A DNA stretch of 63,301 bases, the filler included, from Collodictyon triciliatum (taxonomy: Eukaryota): assembly GCA_043381765.1 (NCBI GenBank). It is 5 parts of 5 records of this genome, joined end to end, with 100 filler letters (N's around TTAATTAATTAA, not from the genome) between each part and the next. Parts side by side here need not be neighbours in the genome. Positions count along the whole stretch, not along the records: positions 44,468 to 59,157 come from JBHJMP010001783.1; positions 59,258 to 63,301 come from JBHJMP010001959.1; 3 more parts are not named here. One strand, 5' to 3'. Below, one piece after another: positions 48,241 through 62,878 of this stretch. Numbering within the stretch: position 1 is the first letter of the stretch; every line of letters starts with the position of its first letter. A program made the translations under genes and the position numbers. The notes under the pieces were generated by a model. It saw nothing but the letters and a program-made list of their open reading frames with translations, was not told the origin of the DNA and ran no database searches.

Positions 48241-50095
48241 CTAAACTATAAAAGGAATAGTACAAACTCTTTTTTCAAGGGCCTTTAAAGCTCGTTGTTC
48301 CTCTTGGGATGGTCGTTGACCCATGAATGTGAGATATGCCATCTAAGAGACAATTACAGCAAGTATGAGGGCTTCATTCGATGGTTGTTGTTGTTTTTTT
48401 TTTTATAATAAAGAAAAGAAAAACACTTTTTTGATTTTGATAGAGCGCATGTAAGTCTATCATGAACAAGGTAAAAAATCATGCCAAAGAGAGTCAGTGA
48501 AATTACCTTAGCACGCATTGCCGTGTAAAGTCGACCTGACAATGTCACATCACCATATTTGTGATACAGTCCTGTTTGATTGCCTTCCAAATGAAAGTAA
48601 CAGTCGGCAAATAATTTGAAAATCTTGTAGTGGTGTTTTGGAGAGAAATTGTGCCATTAAATTTAGTCTCCAAAAAAAAAAAAATTGGAAAACAGACTTG
48701 ATACAATATAATCAGAGTTACATCGAGCCTCCATTCGTCGTTGAATAGTTGCCAAAATATGTGACAAATGAAATCTGATTTCTGGTTCACAGCAAGCACG
48801 GCCACAAAAGACACCATATTACTTTCCACCAGCACAGCCGCGCCCATTTTGTCCTAAATCACCATAATTAATCATGCTGAATACTGATATTCTCCGATTC
48901 AAACGAAGAGAATAGGAATAAAACCGAGAAAAACTGGAGGAGCAGATCAGTGAGATACATAGATGGGGCATTTTCATCATGCTTCGTAAAATCTCGGAAG
49001 GAATCTGAACTTTGGTACAAATTTAAGGTGGACCTAGTAAGGATATGTATTCAATTGTTTGCATAGTTGATGTCATATATTTTCACCGAGAGCCTGTTGT
49101 TGATTAGATAAAAAATAATAATAATATGACAGAACCACGCCTGCATGAAGCCACTCTAGAGGATTAGCTCTCAAAAGAAGTGTTCATAAAACTCACATGA
49201 TGGTTCTGTGAAGCCAGCCGATACTTTTGACTGATTTCACCTCGACATAGGGCAGAAGAATTTTTTTGAGCTTGATGGATTTTGTATTAAGACCTGAAAG
49301 GTTCATAGGGCTGTGGAGTATAGACACGGATGAGATGGAGTCTGCTACCTATATGACTACTTTTAATATGAGATGTGATAAACTATGAGCTTAAAAAACA
49401 GGTTTATATGAATTTTAAACTTCTTTTCTTTGATGCTTGTTGATTGCTTCAAAGGGATTCTCATTTTTCTTGAGAGAGGCCGCGGCTGATGGGACAATCT
49501 GTTCTCGCAATAAAGCTGCTATTCCAGGTGTAGATATCATTCCTTCATGGAATAAGTTGACCTGGATAGGCGCGATATTAACTTGCTATACAAAAGAGTA
49601 AAAATAAAATATTGTACCGGTATTTTTTCTTGAAACATATACCAGAAAGGGCCTAAAAAAGCTAATAGAGAACCTGAACTGAAACATCCACCATTTCTTC
49701 ACGAAGCATATGACATTGTATCTCGACACTTTGCCCATCAATATTTGGTAAAAGATTGTAAATAGACATCCCTGCTCCACTTGCCTCCAAGGACATGGCA
49801 TTCATCGATGTCTGGCTTAAATTATCATCTTCACGACCTCTTGGAGAAAGGTCTGATGTGCTTTTTGTTCGGTTGATTGAGTTGGCCGATTTTGGTTTCG
49901 ACTTTGTGGATAGCCTTGAGCTTGACAGCTGTTTTCTTGAATCACCAGTTCCTGGTGGCTGATTGTGCAGGGTATATCAAATCAATTTTACCATTTATGT
50001 AAGGAGGATCGGTTTAAATTCCAGTAATCCAGCAGAGCATGTTTATGCAAGAAAGTAAAATCATCCTGATAAAGAATTAAAAAAAAAAAAAAAAA

Positions 50096-50137
<42 letters not shown>

Positions 50138-53100
50138 TACATCTATGCAATACCTTATTTTCTTGCTTCTTTTGGGGATTAATGGTCTGTCTGTTGAATG
50201 AATTACTCCTTGATAAGGATGTATTAGGAGGTGCTGGAAGTGCTTTTTTAACAACTGGCATTTTATCATCAAGTTGAGTTGCATCAGTGGCTAAAGTCGT
50301 GTGAAGCGTGGGGATAGTATGGGATGATTCTATGGTCAAGGCTAAGCTTTGAGCTTCTCCTGTATTCCGCGGCGATAGGAGAGCGGGAGAAATCGAAGAG
50401 CTGAATAGAGAAATATCTTCTGCACCTAGGTCATCTTCATCCATTTTTGGGGGTGGAATACAGTCTTCATATTGCTTCAGCATTTCGTAATTACACGGAA
50501 CAATGTCTCCGCTACATAAGGATAATCAAGTATTATTATTTGTGTGTAAGTCTTATTTTCAAAATTTAGTCAAAAAGGAATAAATAGACAGAGTATATAA
50601 GACCGCCAAAGAATACCACCTTTGATAAATGTTTTTTTATGAACGAAGTTCCAAATTAAAGCACAGATCAACCTTGAAGGAGGGGAGTCTTTTCTTTGAA
50701 TCGGAGGAGACTGATCAAAAATATCGATTTCTCTGTCTATCTCATTCAAATGGCGGTCGATGTACTTTGGTTTCTTTGGAATTTTGTTGAATTCATTGAT
50801 GTTGCCTGCGTCAATATTGAGTATTCTTAAATCGGATACGTAACTTTATTTCGTTTGTGTTCAAAATGGGCTCTACTTGTCATGAACATAAGCTGTCCAT
50901 TCAAAACTACGGCGACACTAGGTGTTTGAACGACTCTGGTAATTATGGATATGAAAATAAATGTACTACAGGTTAGAATTATTTCATGACTGTTATTCCG
51001 AAGAGTATTTGTCGTGGGATACAACTTTAATATCTCATGAGTGACCCATGCTTCTAATAGTTGGCTAATGTGTTTTACTTTTCAGACTTCATCGTCCTTT
51101 TATTTACTATCTCCTCGAACGATGAATGCAGTCTCTCAGAGAGTTCGAACTAAGAATATTACAATTAGAGGAGTTCATACGTCATGTATAAGAAGTCAAC
51201 TCGTACGCAAATTTTTCTAATATGATTAACGATTCCCTTGGTCCTATAAGTTTCAGAGTCAGTGTATATGCTGTGGAATGATATTTCATTTTGGTGTTGG
51301 ATTAATTGATTCTATGATTGTAACTTGAGTTGGATACGTTGAACAATATCTATTCAAAATAAAAATAAAAATAAAAATGACTCCAAAGGTCGCTTCAAAA
51401 TAGGAACAAAATCAAGCGTTTCTTCTTTTGATTTCATTTCTTGATTAGCTTTACTAGATAACCGTCCAATCTGAATTCGAAGAGAGAGATATTAGTTACG
51501 TTCATGAATTAGGGGCCAGCTATGAATAATTGAAGGATTAGTTGCATTTCGTCTCAATGTCCCCTTGTTCAAAAACAACTATACATGATGAAATGATTCT
51601 GTATATAAAATAAAAACCTTATTTTGTTTGCGGTATGTTTCGATATCAATAGCCACATGATCTATGGTCCCAAGGCTTTCCAGAATCTGGTCGAATGCAT
51701 GGAGACTGGCCACTGTGTGAACGGTTTGCTGGAAATTTTGGTACGTATTACAATCAAATATGCAGGCCTTACTCTTCAAAATAACAGTTATAATAATCAT
51801 AATAAAAATTAAAATAATCATGATAATCATGATAAACATAATAAAATAAAAATATAACAAACAATACAATCGGAAAAGCCTCTGTTGTAGCCAGACTGGA
51901 AATATTTGACGAAGCAGTGGCATTTAAATGAGTAATTGCAGTCTTTGGTGCTGGTTCGGTCATGCTCTCCAATTGGGCTATTGCCAAAGACTGGCGCCTT
52001 TTCGGTGCTTTGTCTTCAGTGATTCCAAGTTGTTCCTCCTGCATTCTATGTATGATATAAACGAAAAGAAAGAGATTATTTGATGAAATATGAATGTATT
52101 AATCTATACTAGTTGTGTTAAAGCACATGGCATTGGGCTACGCACCGAGCTGTTTCGAGCATTAACCCTCGCACTCTCTCGAGTTTATCCCTCAACTTCT
52201 TGTTTCTTTCCTGTTCAGAGAAGAAATGGGATGGTATGAATTTCATATTTTTGTAGGGAAACCCAACAATAAATAGAATAAAGTAAGAAAAAAAGTGTCA
52301 TTTCGTATATTCGAAGTGATGTGAATCATTTATATATTAAAAGATATGCATACATCTTTCTCCTTTAATCTGATTTCTAGCTCTTCAATATACTGGAGCG
52401 CTTTCGACCTGGCTTCTTCAGCTTCCTTTGCAATTTTGGCTGACTTTGGAATAAAATGATTTCAGGATGCAAAGTGTTAATATCTCAAGCAAATTTCAAA
52501 ACAAAGTTATGATGAAAACTGTTATCAGCTATCAAGTATTTGCAAACTTTGAAGTCGATAGGCACACGATAATAAAGGAGAATGAATTACTTTCTGGCAG
52601 TCTTTATAAAGAACTCCAACAATGGAGATCAGTTCTGTCATCAACCAATTGTACTCTGCTCTGATTTTGGCCATTAGCAATCCTCTTTCTACACAACTAA
52701 CATGATTCTAGAACAGGATATACAAAAATAAGGCTGGATATTGCTATATTGTAAATAAATTAAGATGTCGGAAAGTTGATAATATTGAAAAATATTTGTT
52801 AGATGTGTACTTGTCTTGTAGCTTCTTGGAAGGCCATATCCCAGACAGAGATGGTTTGTCCAATTGTTTCAGATAACTTGGGCCTTTCTCCATGTTTCAT
52901 TCGCGATACTCTTTGCAAGATATAGATATGTGTATGAAAAAATCACTAGGTGTCAGTGTGAACTTATTTTATATTTAAAGAAAATATTGTAGCCAAATTC
53001 CTTACAAACGTCCAACTTCGTAGCGAATATCAGGAGCACTGTTGACTTGGTCCATTACGAGAGAGCAAAGATTGATAACCTCTTCTCTTGATGAAGGATT

Positions 53101-53160
53101 TGAGGACGGAAATGCTGGCCGTGTCCAAGATTGTTTCAACCGAAGAGTTAACATGCAGCG
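48241..53160 (-). CDS. Uncharacterised multi-exon gene with coiled-coil and Ser/Pro-rich segments
   Basis: Series of short GT-AG-bounded open segments on the minus strand (e.g. AKEAEEARSKALQYIEELEIRLKEK; MQEEQLGITEDKAPKRRQSL; last exon MAYLTFMGQRP...TIPFIV*). No family recognised; limits approximate. Confidence 0.45.
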
Positions 53161-54385
53161 AATTTGAGTGCATAAATATTATTTTATCTCTAGTAGATAA
53201 TTTTTACCTTTTGATAGCCAACGCCGCTTCATTTCATCATACACAAACTATGTTAAAAAATATAGTCTAAGAATCGGAATGTCTCGTTTTACATATTATA
53301 GTAAAATATCTTTTGAGTGTTCATCTCTTGCATTAGTTGTTGCTATAATGTTGTTAAGAGCTCACATATTGCATTTTCAAAACAGATTTTGGTTGATATA
53401 TTTATCCTGTATGATCTATCGCTCTTATCTTGTTCAAACAAACCTCACTCTCCTGCTTATTGGTTGAATCTGCTATCGGATCCTCATCATAGATGAAGAA
53501 GTTCGACGGAATGAAAGACGGTGGAACCTTGATTCAGGTCATCAATATTTTTGATGTATACTTTTCTTCTCGAGCACCAGAAAAGAAGTGGACATGCTTT
53601 ATGCGAGACAGAGGGAGAAAGACAGCACATGCTAGAAAACAAATACCAAATGCTTTGGAGCACAGAAAATCATGCGAAATAAAGAGTCCAGATGTGAAGA
53701 CGTGATAACATGATGGCATGAAAATATGAAGGAATGAAGAGATGAAGGCATGAGCAGTTGAACAGTTGATGGAAACCATCGAATACAAAGGAACTATTGC
53801 TACAACACAACCACCTTTGCGTCCAAAGCCCCAAAGTATGCCTCGAGCTCTGCAGTCCACTCACGATGAAAATCCGCCGTGTTTGTATTTGCTGTGCTTT
53901 GATTCTGGCCGTGACTCAGTGGCGCCTGACTTCGATCGCCCTTCCCTGATCGTCCCTTGTGTGGTGCTTTGCGCTCCATCGGCCTTTGCAAACGTGCCTT
54001 TGCTTCGAATGGTTTTGAGTGTCGCCGTTGTTTGCAGTGCGCAAAGCAACAGAGCAGGAAAGAGACAAACACCAGAGAACAGTGCTGAAGGATAGTAATG
54101 ACAGACTCCGTAGAGATGTCACGGATACGTTACTACTGTCTTTTCTTTTCTTTTTTTATTGTTTTCGTATACTTTCATACCTTGTTTCTATTATGTTTTT
54201 TGATTCTGTCTTTATTTGTCTTTTATTCTCCCCAGTTATCTCCATTTTCTTTATCAATCAAACACTGCAGTTTCGTGAATGGCCCCAAAAATCTGTGATT
54301 GAGTGGTGCTGTGTCTCAACAGAAAGAGAGTCAATCATTAGAAAAAGGAGGAAATCAGACAAGTAGAGAAGCAACCAAGATATCG

Positions 54386-55383
54386 TCAGTGAAGGCGGTA
54401 AACAGACGATATGTAGGATGGAATGAATTGTCGGATGTATTGCAAGAAGGCATCAATGGAGATGTGCGTTTCTTGCGGCCTTGAACTAAAGTATGCTTGG
54501 ACATTCTTTTCACAAATAATGGTATATGTTAGTTTAGATTTTTTCAAAAAAAAAAAGTGCATCAGAATGTAAATAAAATAAAATAAAGCAAAATTAAGTA
54601 AACGGATAAGTAAAAACCAAAAAGGAATAAAAAAAAATTATGTATCCAAAACTGAGCACGTTTATACAAAAATAAAAGTATTCCTACCATGAGAAGCTCT
54701 TGTGACTTGTTCGGTGGGACATTCGAGCGAGCCATCGCATCTGACACAAGCATGGCGAATTCATAAGGCGAGATAAAGTCGTCCTTGTTCGAATCGTAGA
54801 CTCTGAATATCAAAATACTACGAATGACACCAGTGGAACTCTGAAAATTATGGTCGGTGTTGTTGCGTAATGCCACCATCATAACCATAAAATCGCGTTC
54901 GCTGATATATCCATCGTTGTCCCAGTCCATGGAAGCAAACACAACATTACAGGCCATTATAACAATCTCAGACGCCTTCGATTCCAAAAGTACTTGGTAG
55001 AACTGAGTGCAATTCATCATCGAAATAGGTGCAGAGTTCCCAGGAATCACAGACGAATGTGCCTTAAACAGATTTGACAAGGCAGTAGCCTCATGTTGCT
55101 GAATGCCTGAGTCATAGTAAAAGGCGTTGACATTGGCTTCGTACATCTCACGTAAATTAGTCGGGATTGAGATCGGTGCTGTGGTTGCGATCATAGGAGG
55201 ATTTGGATGTGGAATTGATATTGTGATGTCTGGGTCAAATGAAGAGCGCCGATTAGGAAAGGGAGGAGGCACATATGTTGTTTGTTGGTCAAGTGAGTAA
55301 AGGGGGGTTCCAGGAGCTGATGACGGTTTTGTATATTGAGATGGCCTTGAATGATTCAAAGAAGGGAGTTGTAAAAAGGACGT

Positions 55384-55477
<94 letters not shown>

Positions 55478-58068
55478 ACAGTCAATTGGTTATACACATC
55501 TGTGTATTGTTTTGCAGGAGATGAGGATGGCTTACTCCTTTGAGCAGATGAATCGACTGTTTGTGGGGAGCTTGGATGTAAGTATTTATTAGCAGGATGC
55601 TGACCATTAGCAGCGGAAGATACAGAACTAGTTGGTGTTTGTGGTGTCTGTACCGCAGTTGGTGGGACATACTCAATCACATACGGGAGAATCGATATGT
55701 TACCAGACTCTTGGTTTCCAGTGACCAACAAAAATGCTGCATGATTTTTCTGTATTCCACAGTAATTTGGGGCGCTGAAAACAGTGACCAACCTCCCACC
55801 AGCACGGTATTCGAATCCCTCGTGAACGCACTGATGTGACCGAATTATGATATCAACTTTGTTATTTTCACAAAAACGATGCACAACTTCCTCAGAGAAA
55901 AGAAAAGAGGAATCTCCACGAGATGGATTCACCTCATATTCAACAGGCTTGTTATCGTCCATCGGGTCGTCCCACAGTGCCTGCACAACAAGTGGTTCCA
56001 TAGTGTCTTCGGATATTGGAAATTTCACCTCATTGATTTGGCTGATAGAGGTCAGGTTTGGTCCTATTCCTCCGTGAACGACAAACACCTTGGATTGATA
56101 CTTGAAACTGCCATCTCCACAAGGTACAAGACCTTGAATCACAGCAGCTATGGGTAAATACTTGAATGTTTCGTTAATTAAGTTAAAAATATCCGAAGAG
56201 TCGGGTCCAAGACGAGCGTTGCATTCCTTGAACAGGCCATAAACCGTGCTTGTTGTTTCTAATTCGTGGTTGCCTCGCACAAGTGTGATTTTATCCTTAT
56301 AAACCAATCGAAGACAAACAAGAAAGATAAAGACCTCTAGAGAGTTTGGGCCTCTGTCTACAAAATCTCCATTGAAAATGTAGTTGATGTGATTCAAATC
56401 GCCGTTATGGAGACGAGGCATCCCGTAGAATCGGAAGAACGAAAGTAAATCAGAAAATTGACCATGTATGTCCCCAAAGACTTTGCATGGTGTGTTGACA
56501 GTTGCCAGAGCTGTTGGTTTCAGCCTGTACTCCGCAATAAGCGCCTCAAGAAGTCCTTTTATTTGGACAGAAGTCAGCCCAAATGGTCTTTGGTTGGTAT
56601 AAGACGAGGGTTTAGGATATTCAAATGTCTCGATGCGGTCAAAAACGTTGTTTGTGAGGTTCAGGGCAAAGGAGAAACAATCTGATGGAGATGATGACTC
56701 GATGAAGCGATCGGAAAACAGTTCATCTGTTTTATATGCGTTGGAGATTTTTTCTCCATGCGAGCACACTTTTCTGTCTTTAAAGGACTTGAGTTTGGAG
56801 TGTGCTGTTCTCGTGCCGGTCATGTCACCTTGGTTTTGTGCGCTGGGTAGTATCTGTGGCATATGCACTGAAAATCCAGATATCTCCATTTCTTTCGCCC
56901 TTTCTGGTTGAGAAAATATATACAGCTTCATCAGTTTTTGTCTTTTATTTTGTAATCATTTCAATTTATGTGATTGATTATATCATTTCTAGAGAAAAAA
57001 GAGAGCCTTCCATCAATTACAGAATGTAGTTTAAAACTAAAATTCTAATGAATGTTATTCGTAAAAGAGAACAATTTGGTCACTGTAAAAAAGAAAGAAA
57101 GAAAAAGTAGTATTACGTGATGTCTTATTTACTGGTAGCGGTCCCAGCTCTGCGATTGGCTCGCATGCAACATCCGAAAATGATTTGCGGATTGTATCAG
57201 TTCCTTTGCTGTCTAATATTTTTGGGTGTGGTACTAGTAAAGGTATTATTTCATTGATGGGTTCGCAGGCGCTATCAGTGCGACTCATACTCGTTTGGAT
57301 TGTTTGCATTTCAGTGGCGCACATTTTTTTCGGTGGGATTACCTCCAGTGACATTTGAACGGATTTATCAGACAGACTTGGGGGCTGGGTCTCTGTACTT
57401 TTTGATTCGAAAGATACAGGTTGTGTAATAACTTCTGCTGTTTGAATGGACACATCAGACTGCTTCACATGCTTTGTCTGTGTTTCTTTTGATTCTTGCT
57501 CTCTATTTTTCTGAAACGGTTGATAGACTGAGTCTGATGCATCGGGTACAGATTGTGTATCTACTGGTTCCATCACCAGATTTGTTTTCACACCAAAACC
57601 TACGTTTGAACCTGAATCGGATGCAATCCTATTCTGCGTGGAATGTTCATTAAGTGGACTTTCCTCCGTGGATTTCTGAGTAGCATCTTTTGATGTGATA
57701 CTAGAGTTGCAGGCATCTTTTATTTTTGCGCTCAACAGCACCTCTGAGTCGCTATTCGATGAATGTTCATCAACTTGGATGATTGCTGTTCCCTTACTTG
57801 ATTCATTCAAAGCAAAATGGCTGTGGGTGTTTAAAGGACGTCTTGAGTTAAACTCGTCCTCGTCGATGTTTGGGTGCGTTGAATCGCTGGATACACCTAG
57901 ACTGTTTGGCGCAAAGTTTACAGGTAACCTCTCATCAGTCCTCGCGTTTCTTGAGAATAGACCAACAAGTATGGAAGAAAACAAAGTCATCCTTGAGTCA
58001 TTGGAAGTTCTTCGTTGTGGGTTCTCAGAGAGGGTACTCGCCCGGCTTTTGCTATTTCTGTTTCCCAT
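54386..58068 (-). CDS. PPP-family Ser/Thr phosphatase with N-myristoylation signal, polyQ linker and C-terminal EF-hands; exons 58068-57117, 56903-54688, 54505-54386
   Basis: MGNRNS start; GDIHG, GDFVDRG, RGNHE, HGG, RSHQ and SAPNYC motifs; EF loops DWDNDGYISERD and DSNKDDFISPYE; both introns GT-AG and phase-compatible. Confidence 0.88.
55383..55455 (-). repeat. (CAA)n coding repeat (polyQ)
   Basis: Encodes the Q/H tract between the phosphatase and EF-hand regions. Confidence 0.9.
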
Positions 58069-58746
58069 CTACGAGGGAGTTTTCCTTAATTAGTTTTTTG
58101 TGCCGGGGCAAGAAGGGCAGGTAAAATGGAGCCGTTCGCTTTCTTTTGTAGGCGAGCCAAGAAGGCGGCTTTGGCCTCCTCCTTGATCGTGCTTCGGTTC
58201 GCACAGAGTGCTTTCCTGTCACCTTCGCCGAGTTGTTCAGAGATCGTAGCGTGGGTGGCGTGCGATCCAAAGGCCGTGTGTATATATTATGTGCCAGGTG
58301 GGGAATAATTGAGGGAAAGTATTTATACATATGCGGAAAATATCATTTACATAATTATAATTATATATTAGTCACATTTTAACACATGTATATTTATCTG
58401 ATAGCAAGGGATATACAAATATAAATATCAGCAGGAAATCCATAGCCAGTAATCCCCTGTTAACCTGCGCGCCATGAAAGGAGTGCGCTTCGGGTATTAA
58501 TTCCTTCCTTGCGCCGCTGTGTATACTCAGCGAAACGCACTCTGTCATGTCTGGCGATCAAAACAAGTCTGCGTGCGATCATTCCCTGTAATATCCTTCC
58601 AGTCCTTTTCTTTTGCTTTCTATTATTTCATATCCTATCTCTCTCTCTCTCTCTCTCCATTCCATCGATTCAGCAAAACACTTTCGCTCAACAAGTCGGT
58701 CGATCACTGACTAAACTTTAGGCCAACAGATAGAGTGCCCACGAGA

Positions 58747-59037
58747 ATGCCAAAGTCACGCAGCACGTCAAATAATGGAGACGGAAGCTTCGTTGACTAT
58801 GTTGTGGCAAAGAGAAATGGAAGATTCTTGAACATGGAGGTGCATCCTGTTCGCAATTCTTTGGACACAGAAACGATAAGCAAGAGCCATAATGGAGAGG
58901 CGGAAGGTGAATTCAGTTTACCAGAAGAATATCCAATGGGGAAGATTGATGAGCTCCTGAAAAGTGTCATCCAATCACCACAAGAATATGGAAACTTTCC
59001 TTCAGGCGAGCTAAGACCCAATCTAACGTCTGTTTGA
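58747..59037 (+). CDS. Hypothetical protein or first exon, divergent from the phosphatase gene
   Basis: ATG-initiated ~96-codon ORF with coding-like composition; no motif recognised; close to a repeat and gap. Confidence 0.3.
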   Translation: MPKSRSTSNNGDGSFVDYVVAKRNGRFLNMEVHPVRNSLDTETISKSHNGEAEGEFSLPEEYPMGKIDELLKSVIQSPQEYGNFPSGELRPNLTSV

Positions 59038-59257
59038 TCATTTTCAACGAGACATTACATAAAATAAACATAAAATAAACATAAAATAAACATAAAATAA
59101 ACATAAAATAAACATAAAATAAACATAAAATAAACATAAAATAAACATAAAATAAACNNNNNNNNNNNNNNNNNNNNNNNNNNNNNNNNNNNNNNNNNNN
59201 NTTAATTAATTAANNNNNNNNNNNNNNNNNNNNNNNNNNNNNNNNNNNNNNNNNNNN

Positions 59258-59288
<31 letters not shown>

Positions 59289-59334
59289 AAAAAAAAAAGA
59301 AAAAAAAAAAAAAAGAGAGAAAAAAAAAAGAGAG

Positions 59335-59382
<48 letters not shown>

Positions 59383-59405
59383 GATAATAAACTTCAAATA
59401 ATTGG

Positions 59406-62400
59406 TACTCTGAGTCTGTCGCAAGAATGATTTTTGTGTAATCATTGAAGAAAACACCAATCGTCCCGTCGCTCAATTGATACCCGAGGCCGTACTTATT
59501 AGAATAATCCACCCATTTCGTAAGCCACATGACGGCACTGGAGCGGTCTGCATGTGTTTGATAAAACCCTGAAGATTGAAATCATTGGAAATAGAAAAGA
59601 AAGATTGGGCAAGTAAGTACAGTATAATACAAACGACAAAGAATTTAATTCATAACAGATCGATGATGTTTTTTTTTTTAAAGTGAAGTTGATCATTAAT
59701 GATAAATAGCCAGATTTTCAATACACTTTTACCGATTCCGAGGTCCTTTTCTCTGCCCTTGGAGTCCTTCTCGGGTGATGTCGCATGAGCAAAACTCATA
59801 GTCAGGTGGCGATGGATGTGTGTTAGATTTCCGCGGTCATCATCGTCCAAATCCTGTGCATTGTCAGCTAATTGAGCAGCTTCTTCTGATGCGGTGATAG
59901 CAACGAACGCGTCCTTCGGTTGGGCCCTGTCCACAATTTGAAGCTCGCTGGTGGCAGGATTTACATTTGAATGCTTCGGCCGACTTGAGGCCGATAATGA
60001 CGACGATGTCTGTTTTCCTTTTGCCCATTCGACTCCCCTTTCTTCTAGATTCAAAGGATTTGACCTTGTAGGAAGCGGTTCACCGATATGTTGGCTATAT
60101 GGATCTATGGATTCATGTTGAACGGCTGATGAGAAGAGGAAAACAGAGTGATACAGAAAATTGATTGGGTGATTTCGATTCGATAAATAAATAAATTAAT
60201 AAATAAATAAATAAATAAATAAGGAAATTTTAACATAGTTTTATAATTATTATAAAATTGCTTCGAAATTTTTTCTAGGCATTTTTCATTTCTTATTTCC
60301 TTCCTCTCTTCATTTGCGAGTGACAAGACTTTAGTGATGATAATTTTTTGAAAGAATGGAATGACACTTAACTCAAAGTCTTACCAGGCAACGGACGAGA
60401 CTTTCTTTCAAATTTGTTTGCCTTATCTCTGCTACAAAGAGATATCGGGTTGTAGTCAGAAGCAGGTCGCTCGGTATATTGGTCATGTTGCAGACTTTGG
60501 ATTTGTTGCTGAGCTACTTCGAAATCCTTTCCGCTGGGTAATCCTTTCACAACAGTTACAGATGTCGGGCTTTGAGGGCGGTCATGTGCGTTTGTGGACA
60601 GGGGATAGGTGTTTGTATTTCCTGATCCAGCAGATGGACTATCATCTTCTCCATTTTGGCGGAGCTGTGTATTAATCCGCACAAACAAACGCTGCGCGTT
60701 TCCCGCGCCTTGATTCTCCTGCGAACTTGTGCTTTCAATCGCGACACCCTGAATGCTTTGCTTTAGGTGCAGCATCACTGGGTGGCTGCTTCCCTCATTG
60801 GATGAATCCGAAGATGATTGCGCACCGAATCCTGTGGTTGATGTCGTGTGGGTCAAAGCAGATGGAAATTGTTGGAGTTCTTGACCCTTGCGTGTGTTCA
60901 TCATGGCCGGTTGGTTTTCTTTGTCCACAAAGTCGGTCAAAGCTGAAGTGCGGGGGAAGAGAGCTGCTGTGGTTTGTGAGGCTGGAACGATTTGGTTGGG
61001 TTGGAATGTTGGGGCCACGATCAAGGCTGTGATTGGAATAGACCTGGGAATGTATCCAGACTTGAAGAAGGAGTGGTTGGCGATGTCTTTCAGGGATGGG
61101 CGTTGTGCTATTGAAGAAGTATGATGTGATGATGTGATGATGTGATGATGTGATGATGTGATGATGTGATGATGTGATGATGTGATGATGTGATGATGTG
61201 ATGATGTGATGATGTGATGACGTGATGATGTGATGATGTGGTGATGTGATGATTTGATGATTTGATGATGTGATGATGTGATGATGTGATGATTTGATGG
61301 TTTGATGGTTTGATTGTTTGATTGTTTGATGATTTAGTAAATATTTATATATGTGATGGGACATGTTGGAACAGACCTGGGTCAGCGCAAAGAATAAGGC
61401 GAATCAGGGACCTTGAGTGTTCGGATATTGTGAGCCCCTCAGGGAACTCATATGTCACAGCTCGAATGCGCTTATATGTTGCTTTAATATCACTGGTCTC
61501 GAACGGGGGGCGGCCAACCAAAAGTGTGTAGAGAATTACGCCCACAGACCATATATCTACTTCATAACCATGTTCGCCGCGCCCGTCAAGCATCTCAGGT
61601 GCAATGTAGTTTGGAGTGCCACAAATAGTACTGGTAGATATTTAATGAACCGTGAGTTATATCGACAACTGACAGACCAATGTTGCCATGATATCGTGAT
61701 TTGCTGGCAAAATAATAGTCCCTGGATTTTTGCTTAATATTGGGATATTATATACGTCAAATAGAATTATTACGTTTTGCGTTCATCGGGATGAAGGAGC
61801 TGGGCTGCCAAGCCAAAGTCGCCGATTTTCATCTCCATTTTCTCATTGAGAAAGAAGTTGCCTAGTTTTAGGTCGCGGTGAATTATGTTTGAACGGTGGA
61901 GATAATGCAGTGCAGAAAGGAGCTGAAGCATGTAGTATTGCGTTTCTGATTCTGTGAGTCGACGTCTCTTTTTCATCAACTCCACGAAACTCTGCATCAA
62001 ATCAAAACAAGAAAAACAAGTAAAAAAAAAAGGAAGGAATAAACGAACAAATAGGTTATGGGTGAGCACAATAGAGAATATGTGGAATACTGTAATAGTG
62101 AGGACATTGATACGAGGTTAAAGATTAATGACGATTGTTCCGGCAAAGATAGATAAAGGATGTGTGAAAGAAAACCTTATTTTCACACAGCTCAAGAATG
62201 ATATAGACATATTCTCGGTCCTCGAAGCACTGGTGGAACTTGACGACGTTTGGGTGGTTGGTTGATCGATGGATTTTGATCTCGTTCGTCAACTGCAATA
62301 TACCGTAATAAAGGGAATAAATACGTAAATATCCATGTAGAAAGAATTGCATACGATAAAAACAAACATAAACTAAACCACGATGAAAATGAAAATGAAA

Positions 62401-62878
62401 ATGAAAATGAAAATGAAAATGAAAATGAAAATGAAAATGAAAATGAAAATGAAAATGAAAATGAAAATGAAAATGAAAATGAAAATGAAAATATAGAAAG
62501 TAAGAAATGATAACACACTTTTTCTTTTGCCTTTGACTTTATCAGGGAGCTTTTCAGAACAAACTTTCCTGCATAGACAGTGCCATTGGAAAGGTCCTTC
62601 ATTTCGTAGCACTTTGCGAAGCCACCCTATTTAATGGAGTGCGTTAATATATTATAATGAAGTAGAGAAGTTCACGCATCTGAAGGGAAAAAAGAAAAAA
62701 GAAGAAGATAGGCTCAGATCAACAGAGAATCTGTATTGACCTTTCCAAGAAGCCTGCCTCGAAGGTAGCGTTTTCCATGACTGCGATCCTCGATGACCAT
62801 TTCCTCTGCGTCCTGATTCATATCAACTGAAGCCAGAGGCTGAGCGTGCGTGGGTTTTGTCTCCAGTTGTTTGTTCAT
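59406..62878 (-). CDS. PLK1: Polo-like kinase, multi-exon, 3' end lost in gap
   Basis: [64 protein letters not shown]; polo-box [17 protein letters not shown]. Confidence 0.95.
61121..61330. repeat. (ATGATGTG)n intronic repeat; also (GAAAAT)n at 62383-62491 and (AAAATAAACAT)n at 59057-59157
   Basis: Visible tandem arrays. Confidence 0.9.
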
